The position numbers and the translations under genes were made by a program. DNA of 64,000 nt. It comes from Candidatus Hadarchaeota archaeon (GTDB lineage Archaea; Hadarchaeota; Hadarchaeia; Hadarchaeales; JAGGTB01). Of the stretch, positions 58,125 to 64,000 are shown in pieces. Each line of letters begins with the position of its first letter. Position 1 is the first letter of the stretch. The stretch covers positions 100,687 to 164,686 of the forward strand of contig CAYLJV010000002.1 of assembly GCA_964384105.1 (NCBI GenBank), in the 5' to 3' direction. The notes beneath the pieces were generated by a model that saw only the letters and a program-made list of their open reading frames with translations, did not search any database and was not told the DNA's origin.

Positions 58125-59483
58125 TTAATTCCTCAGACTCAAAATAGGGCTGGGAAGCCTTCCCCCTCTGGAGATAAAGGCCTCAGAAGAATACTTGTTA
58201 ACCTTCATTACAGGAGCTTTACCAAGAAGACCTCCGAACTCGATAACATCACCCGCCTTTTTTCCAATAGCTGGAATAATCCTAACTCCCTCTGTCTTAT
58301 TGTTAACAATTCCAATGGCCAATTCATCAGCTATTATCGCGCTTATCTTGCTAGCCGGGGTATCACCCGGTATCGCAATCATATCCAGACCCACTGAACA
58401 AACGGCAGTAAGAGATTCCAACTTATCCAAACTCAAAGCACCGCTCTGAACGGCCTCCACCATCCCGAGGTCCTCACTGACAGGGATGAAAGTTCCACTC
58501 AATCCACCAACGTTACCACTGGCCATAGCTCCTCCCTTCTTGACCGCGTCCATCAAAAGAGCAACTGCCAAGGTAGATCCATGGGCACCGGCCTTATCGA
58601 CTCCCATAGCCTCCAGAGTTCTCGCAACCGAATCGTTTTCTACAGGAGATGGAGCCAGAGAAATATCTACTATCCCAAACGGAACGTCGAGTTCCTCTGC
58701 CAGTTCTCTACCGATAAGCTCCCCCGCTCTGGTCGTCTTAAAGGTGGTCCTCTTGATAACCTCGGATAGTTCGGTAAGATCGCAGTCCTCGTTCTCCTTT
58801 ACTACCTCTCTCACCACACCGGGTCCACTAACACCTACATTTAAAGAAAATTCGGCTTCACCTGCACCATGAAACGCCCCCGCCATGAAGGGGTTATCCT
58901 CTGGAGCGTTCACAAAAACCACAAACTTCGCGCAGCCTATGCTCTTCTCGCTTTTCCTGGCAATCTCCTTCAATATATGGCCTATCTTTATAACAGCATC
59001 TAAATTCATACCTGCCCTGTGGCTCCCGACATCAAGGAAAGAACAGACGCGGTCTGTCTCGGAAAGCACTTGCGGAAGAGATTCTATCAGTTTTTCGTCG
59101 CAATCTGTCATACCCTTCTGCACCAACGCTCCGAAACCTCCGACAAAGTCAACACCACCCTCTTTGACAGCTTCATCCAGAACCTTTCCAACCTCTACAA
59201 ACTTCTCCTCCGTGGAATGGGGTCCCATAATGAGACTTACTGGAGTAACTGAAACCCTTTCGTTTATAATAGGTATTCCGTATTTTGTCTCTAATTTCTC
59301 GGTTTTAGACGATAGTTTTTTGGAATGAAAACTTACCTTCTCGTATATATTCTCCTTAAATTTTTCGAAATCTGAATCTATACAATCTCTCAGATTTATT
59401 CCAAGAGTAACTGTCCTTATATCAAGTCCTTGATAAAGAGTCATACTAGCCGTTTCAAAAACTTCATCTACTGTAAATGCCAT
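58125..59483 (-). CDS. DUF711 / UPF0210 PFL-like fold protein
   Basis: LDIRTVTLGI, VF.NAPEDNPFMAGAFHG, GVSGPGVV, GGLSG.FIPVSED, VCSVGLDM, FGGLLG. Confidence 0.93.
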   Translation of the reverse strand: MAFTVDEVFETASMTLYQGLDIRTVTLGINLRDCIDSDFEKFKENIYEKVSFHSKKLSSKTEKLETKYGIPIINERVSVTPVSLIMGPHSTEEKFVEVGKVLDEAVKEGGVDFVGGFGALVQKGMTDCDEKLIESLPQVLSETDRVCSFLDVGSHRAGMNLDAVIKIGHILKEIARKSEKSIGCAKFVVFVNAPEDNPFMAGAFHGAGEAEFSLNVGVSGPGVVREVVKENEDCDLTELSEVIKRTTFKTTRAGELIGRELAEELDVPFGIVDISLAPSPVENDSVARTLEAMGVDKAGAHGSTLAVALLMDAVKKGGAMASGNVGGLSGTFIPVSEDLGMVEAVQSGALSLDKLESLTAVCSVGLDMIAIPGDTPASKISAIIADELAIGIVNNKTEGVRIIPAIGKKAGDVIEFGGLLGKAPVMKVNKYSSEAFISRGGRLPSPILSLRN

Positions 59484-59486
59484 CCT

Positions 59487-59765
59487 TCAAACCCTGTGCA
59501 TAGCTTTAAAGATATTCTCATGTTGTAATTGTACCTGAAGACCCATATCCTTACCTATAGCCATAAGGTCGTCCCCAATGCTCTTCAAACTACAATTAGC
59601 GTTCCCAACATCTATCAGCATACTCATAACAAAATAACCCTCTATCACCTTCTGGCTTATATCCTCGATATTCACGTCCTTCTCATAGAGGGAGTTAGAC
59701 ATCCTGGCGATTATACCCGGTTGGTCCTCTCCAATCACAGTGACAAAACAGAGCTCCTTTCCCAT
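59487..59765 (-). CDS. ACT domain protein (UPF0237)
   Basis: VTVIG.D.PGIIA, NIEDISQ, QHENIF.AMHRV; usual partner of DUF711. Confidence 0.92.
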   Translation of the reverse strand: MGKELCFVTVIGEDQPGIIARMSNSLYEKDVNIEDISQKVIEGYFVMSMLIDVGNANCSLKSIGDDLMAIGKDMGLQVQLQHENIFKAMHRV

Positions 59766-59830
59766 ATTATTCTCCTCGCAATGGAGAATCAACCCTCTTA
59801 AGTATTAAAATTTCTCTCAAAAACATCGCT

Positions 59831-60763
59831 TTAGGACTTCTCGACTACCTCAAACAGATCATCCGCAAGACTGATTATCAGGGCCTTATCCTCCAAATTC
59901 CCCTTCAGATCCTCCGGAATACTATCAGAACCGTGATACGCCCCGGCGATAGCTCCAGTCATAGCTCCTATAGTATCCGCATCTCCACCCAAACTGATAG
60001 CATAAGTAACAGCATTCAGAAAGTCTCTTGAATGAGACAGGAAAGAATAGATCGCTGTGGGAACGGAGTTAAATGCTTCAACTCTATTACCGAGAGACTC
60101 AACAACTGCTCCCTTATCTGGATCGGAACTGACCAGTTCTTCCAACCTATTTAATTTCTGCATATACTCCTTTTCATTCGCAAAATCTCTGAGCCTTTCG
60201 ATAAATTCTCCAACATCTAAACCAGCTGAAGGGTCCTCATTAGTAGCAAGCGCAACTGCTGCGGACTGAAGGACGGCGCCACCTATCCCCAATCGATGGG
60301 TGTGAGTAACTCGACTGGACTTTTCCGCAACCGTAGGTAAATTATCCAAATCATTACAACAAAATAGTCCTACTGGAGCCACCCTCATGGAAGAACCGTT
60401 TCCATAGGATCCTTCTCCACCAAACAGTCTCTTCGCTGGCTCTCTCCAGTCCTCTTCACGCTCAAGGGATTTTATAACCCGTCTAGCCCCAGGACCATAA
60501 CCCCGAAATGGCTCAAAATTATCCACCAATCTACTCGCAAAATAACCTCCATCAAACTCTCCCTTTTCCACCAATGATTCTGTCAAACTGATCATCTGCT
60601 GGGTATCATCCGTGTAGCGTAAATTCTCAAATCTGGAGAGCAGGCTCTCTATCTCTCCAGAATCCATGAGGGATCTACCCTCGCTCGTTCTACCCAAAGA
60701 GTCTCCCACCGCGGTCCCAAGCAGAGAACCACGAAACTTCGATCTCAGGTCCACTTCAATCAC
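59831..60763 (-). CDS. ADP-ribosylglycohydrolase (DraG/ARH family)
   Basis: GDSLG, YTDDT, RGYG, GNGSSMR, TH, GGDADT.GA..GA. Confidence 0.93.
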   Translation of the reverse strand: MIEVDLRSKFRGSLLGTAVGDSLGRTSEGRSLMDSGEIESLLSRFENLRYTDDTQQMISLTESLVEKGEFDGGYFASRLVDNFEPFRGYGPGARRVIKSLEREEDWREPAKRLFGGEGSYGNGSSMRVAPVGLFCCNDLDNLPTVAEKSSRVTHTHRLGIGGAVLQSAAVALATNEDPSAGLDVGEFIERLRDFANEKEYMQKLNRLEELVSSDPDKGAVVESLGNRVEAFNSVPTAIYSFLSHSRDFLNAVTYAISLGGDADTIGAMTGAIAGAYHGSDSIPEDLKGNLEDKALIISLADDLFEVVEKS

Positions 60764-61448
60764 CTAGAGAGACTAAGGGAACTATATCTTCAAGGATAAA
60801 ATCCAAAAATTCCTGGGGCTTGAGCTTGCTGAAAAGCACGATCACAGAATTCCTAGTAATTCCGACAACGATCCCTCTCTTCTGAATTTCAAAAACTGCG
60901 TACCATATATTACCATGATCCAGATACTCCTGATAAAGTGAAGTATCTGCAATTGAAGATCCGTAGAGGGCCAACTTTCCTACATCCGGAATGTCCACAT
61001 TATCAAAATATATTACCTTAGTAGCGCGAGGATTGCTCTCGTGAAGCTCTTTTAGAGTCTCTTCTTTAATCTTGGCCTCTACTATCCCCCCGGATTTCAA
61101 AAAGAGTGCTTCACTGACCTTGTTAGCTATCCTATTCGCCCTCGGTTTGTCGCTTACTATAACTAAAAATATTTCTCCCTTTCTATTATGGAAGACCAAC
61201 TCGGTTTCTTTGGTCTTCGGAACTTCGACCTCGCCAGACCTGTGATAAACTGAAATCAAAGTATCATCGCTATAGGTCCCGTACAAAGTTCCATCTTCTG
61301 CTTTCAAGTTCGTAATCTCAGTCACTAAATTGAACTTCTGGGTCCTGCCCTCGAACGGCTCCTCCTCCCGATAATCCTTCAATTTGCTAGCAATAAACCC
61401 CAGATCGGCATCTTTAGCAATTCTAAATATCTTTGCGGAACTTACCAT
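60756..61448 (-). CDS. hypothetical protein
   Basis: 230-aa globular ORF with SD AGGTG; 8-nt overlap with the ARH gene. Confidence 0.7.
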   Translation of the reverse strand: MVSSAKIFRIAKDADLGFIASKLKDYREEEPFEGRTQKFNLVTEITNLKAEDGTLYGTYSDDTLISVYHRSGEVEVPKTKETELVFHNRKGEIFLVIVSDKPRANRIANKVSEALFLKSGGIVEAKIKEETLKELHESNPRATKVIYFDNVDIPDVGKLALYGSSIADTSLYQEYLDHGNIWYAVFEIQKRGIVVGITRNSVIVLFSKLKPQEFLDFILEDIVPLVSLGD

Positions 61449-61520
61449 TCACTGCACCTATAGTCTCCTAAAAGGAGCTTTACCATTAAAAATTTCTTTT
61501 CAATTGATTCTCAGTAATAC

Positions 61521-62546
61521 TCACGTCCACTGTTCAAGAGACCTCTGAGCTCTCTTCTTTACTCCCTTCTCGAGTCTTTCGATTCCCGTCTCAACTCTCG
61601 ATTCAGAAAACTCGTGCTCTTCACAGAGAAAACCTTTTATCTCCTCAGGAGATGGATCACTCCAAGCTATCTCGTAATCCTCCGTAACATTCGGTTCAAG
61701 AAAGACCTTTTCCACTTCAAGCGGGTCGACATCGAATTCTTCGGATATATCCAACTCCAAAATTTTCTCCAGGTTTCCATTCTCCTTAACAATTTTCAAA
61801 GCCCTTTTTGGTCCAATACCCTTAATCCCATCATTGTAATCCGTTCCTACTAGAACCCCTATAGCGATTAGCCCTCTCCTATCTATCCCATGGTCCTTCT
61901 TCAACTCCGACAATTTGGCAATTTCGGGAAGGACTTCCTTATACTCATCCTTACCAGGCAGTTTCCTCTTGCCAGTTATCGTCACGTTTCGAACGAGAAT
62001 AGGCGCCCCATAGAGTAAACTGTCGAAATCCTGACTCCCAACGGCCCAAGCATCGCCGCGCTTGACCATAAAGGAGGCCTGAGCCTCGCCTTCACCTGGG
62101 GCCTGAACCCACGGGACACCCATAGCGAAAAGAAGTGTCTTCGACTGATCAACCATCTTGCCCGAAAGCCTAGAAGCCCTCTGAGCATACTTAAAAGCCT
62201 CCTTTTCGTCACCTTTTCGAATGGCCTCTCTCCTAGCTTTCTCAGCCTCTGCTTTCAATTTCCGACGAGTTTTGAGTGTCTTACTTTTAAGCTCAGGAGG
62301 TTCTCCATCAAAAACGAAAAATGGACGAATTCCTCGTTCAATCAGGTTAGAAGTTCTATAAAAAAGACCAGAAAGGTGTGAAGTTACTCTCCCCTTAGAA
62401 TCCTTGAGAGGAGTGCCGTCCCTCTGCCGAATTATAGAGAGAAACTGGTACAAAGTGTTCATAGCATCAACTGCTATGACCTTCCCCTGCAGATATTCTA
62501 GATCGACTTCCTTGAAAGTAACAAGTTCTTTTATCTGTGTTCCCAA
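61521..62546 (-). CDS. fen: flap endonuclease 1
   Basis: DA.N.LYQFLS.IRQ.DGTPL, FDG.PP, EGEAQA, SQDFDSLL.G, GTDYN, PIP box QRSLEQW; TTG start at 62546. Confidence 0.97.
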   Translation of the reverse strand: MGTQIKELVTFKEVDLEYLQGKVIAVDAMNTLYQFLSIIRQRDGTPLKDSKGRVTSHLSGLFYRTSNLIERGIRPFFVFDGEPPELKSKTLKTRRKLKAEAEKARREAIRKGDEKEAFKYAQRASRLSGKMVDQSKTLLFAMGVPWVQAPGEGEAQASFMVKRGDAWAVGSQDFDSLLYGAPILVRNVTITGKRKLPGKDEYKEVLPEIAKLSELKKDHGIDRRGLIAIGVLVGTDYNDGIKGIGPKRALKIVKENGNLEKILELDISEEFDVDPLEVEKVFLEPNVTEDYEIAWSDPSPEEIKGFLCEEHEFSESRVETGIERLEKGVKKRAQRSLEQWT

Positions 62547-62600
62547 AAAACCCACCAAAATAAAATAGGTAGACAAGCTTTATTGACTCTCGCCAGAGGA

Positions 62601-62819
62601 CTATGCAATTCTTTCTCCACTTGGAAGCCTTCTGACTACCGTCATGGGTATTGCGGAATTTTCGAACTCCGAAGTCGCGATATCAATTGGGTCTGAAATA
62701 CCCTCAGGAACATCAATTAAAACGGGAGCACCAAGTTCTATCTGAATAGATCTCGCACCAATTACCCTAGCTTTTTCGAATCGAGTATATTTTTTAGGAT
62801 AAATGGTTACCACCTCCAT
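62601..62819 (-). CDS. rpoK: RNA polymerase subunit K (Rpo6)
   Basis: TRFEKARVIGAR.IQI..GAP, IP.TV.R.LP. Confidence 0.94.
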   Translation of the reverse strand: MEVVTIYPKKYTRFEKARVIGARSIQIELGAPVLIDVPEGISDPIDIATSEFENSAIPMTVVRRLPSGERIA

Positions 62820-63399
62820 ACATTTCTATCCAAATCTTAAAATTCAAAGTGTTTCCTCCTACAGTCTCACTACCTCAAAAAATGAATGTTTTAATCTATC
62901 AACAAATTCCGCTAAGCATGTTAGCCTACGTATGTTAAACTCTCCCATCGTTTGATTCATTTTTCAACTCTATTAAGAGTTAAGTGTTTAAAAAGTTACT
63001 CTTCAAAATTACATTCATTTTTCAAAACTTGTATTAATCCTATTCTAAAATTTTTCAGAAAATTTTAGTAATCAACAAGGAAAGTATAAAATTCAATAAT
63101 ATCCTCATAAAAGGAAATATGAACCATTAAGGCTATCAAAAACCAATAGAAGGTGCAATTTCTTCCTATGTGTCCTGTTAAATCCAATAGTAAGATAAAA
63201 AATTGACTATTCACTATAAACACTATTAATGAACAATAAACCATCTAAATTATTTTTTTCAATAATAAATAAACAAAAAAAGATTTTTTTGCCGATTTAA
63301 AATAATTAAACTCCTCCTAGTCTTTGAAATGGAATTTATTAATAAAAATAGAAAAGCTTTTATCTTTATACTAGGAAAAGAGAATGCAGGTCTCTGTAA

Positions 63400-64000
63400 A
63401 TGGAAAAAAAGCTGGATCTGTGGCAAGTTATTTTGCTCGGTCTGGCTTATATGGCACCGGCTCTTTCGTTATTGGCAACTTTTAGAATTATAATGGCGGC
63501 TGGCTATACATGGACCGCGGTTCCTCTAGCTTATCTTATAGCAGGAGTAGCGATTATCATAACTGCAGTTGCTTTTGCTAACCTAAGTAAATTAACTCCT
63601 AAGGGTGGGAGTGTCTGGACCTATGCAAAAGATGCCTTAGGTCCCAAGTTCGGCCAGTTTGCTGTTTGGATTTATTTACTGCAGTTAGTTGTAGTACCAG
63701 CAGCAGCTATGATCCCGGTTGGCATTTTCGCTCAAAGCTGGCTGGGAATATCGCCCTGGATCACAGTGCTGATAGGTTTTCTGTTCATTCTGGGTATCGC
63801 CCTCTTAGGGATTGATCTGTCGTTTAAAACGATGGCAGTCCTATTCATCGGTGAGCTAATAATTCTTGTAACATTTGCAGTTAGCTCAATTTTGTGGTCT
63901 TCAGAAGTAGGTGCTTTCGGAACCATTTCCAGAATTGCCATCACACCATCTGGTTCCCTTTTTGGCATCGCAGGTATTATTGTAGGAGCTGCCGCAGCAG
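63400..64000 (+). CDS. APC-family amino acid/polyamine permease, truncated by window end
   Basis: Not in ORF track; MEKKLDLWQVILLGLAYMAPA..., P.GGSVWTYA..ALGP..G; frame appears open to the window end. Confidence 0.85.
   Translation, partial: MEKKLDLWQVILLGLAYMAPALSLLATFRIIMAAGYTWTAVPLAYLIAGVAIIITAVAFANLSKLTPKGGSVWTYAKDALGPKFGQFAVWIYLLQLVVVPAAAMIPVGIFAQSWLGISPWITVLIGFLFILGIALLGIDLSFKTMAVLFIGELIILVTFAVSSILWSSEVGAFGTISRIAITPSGSLFGIAGIIVGAAAA

Noticed and set aside
62795-62819. SD-like GGAGGTGG within the first rpoK codons suggesting a non-canonical ATT start
   Set aside because: An in-frame ATG exists at 62819; cannot be decided from sequence alone.
62859-62960. 33-codon minus-strand ORF and small GCTAA/TTAGC hairpin upstream of rpoK
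   Set aside because: No recognisable motif or SD; compatible with chance.
1-64000. Pyrrolysine or selenocysteine recoding in housekeeping genes
   Set aside because: Genes ending in TAG or TGA are full length at those stops; no pyl/sel genes are in the window.

Overview
Core-genome window from an uncultivated anaerobic euryarchaeal-type archaeon. The MSBL1/Hadarchaeota-like assignment is inference only; the archaeal markers seen are egsA, LeuRS/AlaRS, FtsZ-SecE-Spt5-L11-L1-P0-P1, aCPSF1, proteasome beta, FEN-1, Rpo6, SmAP-L37e and a histone. It contains about 65 CDS, four intron-less tRNAs (Leu-CAA, Val-GAC, Ala-GGC, Gly-GCC) and a decayed 2.4-kb integrative element at tRNA-Gly; no CRISPR array or rRNA was seen. 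The most striking feature is a single ORF fusing a complete tungsten aldehyde:ferredoxin oxidoreductase to a 3-hexulose-6-phosphate synthase-like barrel, lying between the CoA genes pps and panB; it is a candidate formaldehyde-channelling module analogous to the methanogen Fae-Hps fusion. Other oddities: an aIF5A lacking the hypusine motif, a histone with a shortened alpha2 helix, a stand-alone divergent EF-1alpha, a NadM-PncC fusion, an in-frame mini-ThiC keeping its Fe-S motif, a Rho_N/HeH protein with a C-terminal membrane anchor, a wHTH-nucleotidyltransferase with substituted catalytic residues, a structured 121-nt intergenic element, a 13-aa Lys-rich smORF, and strong strand-dependent codon and amino-acid bias. 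All calls come from motif recognition by eye; no searches were run.
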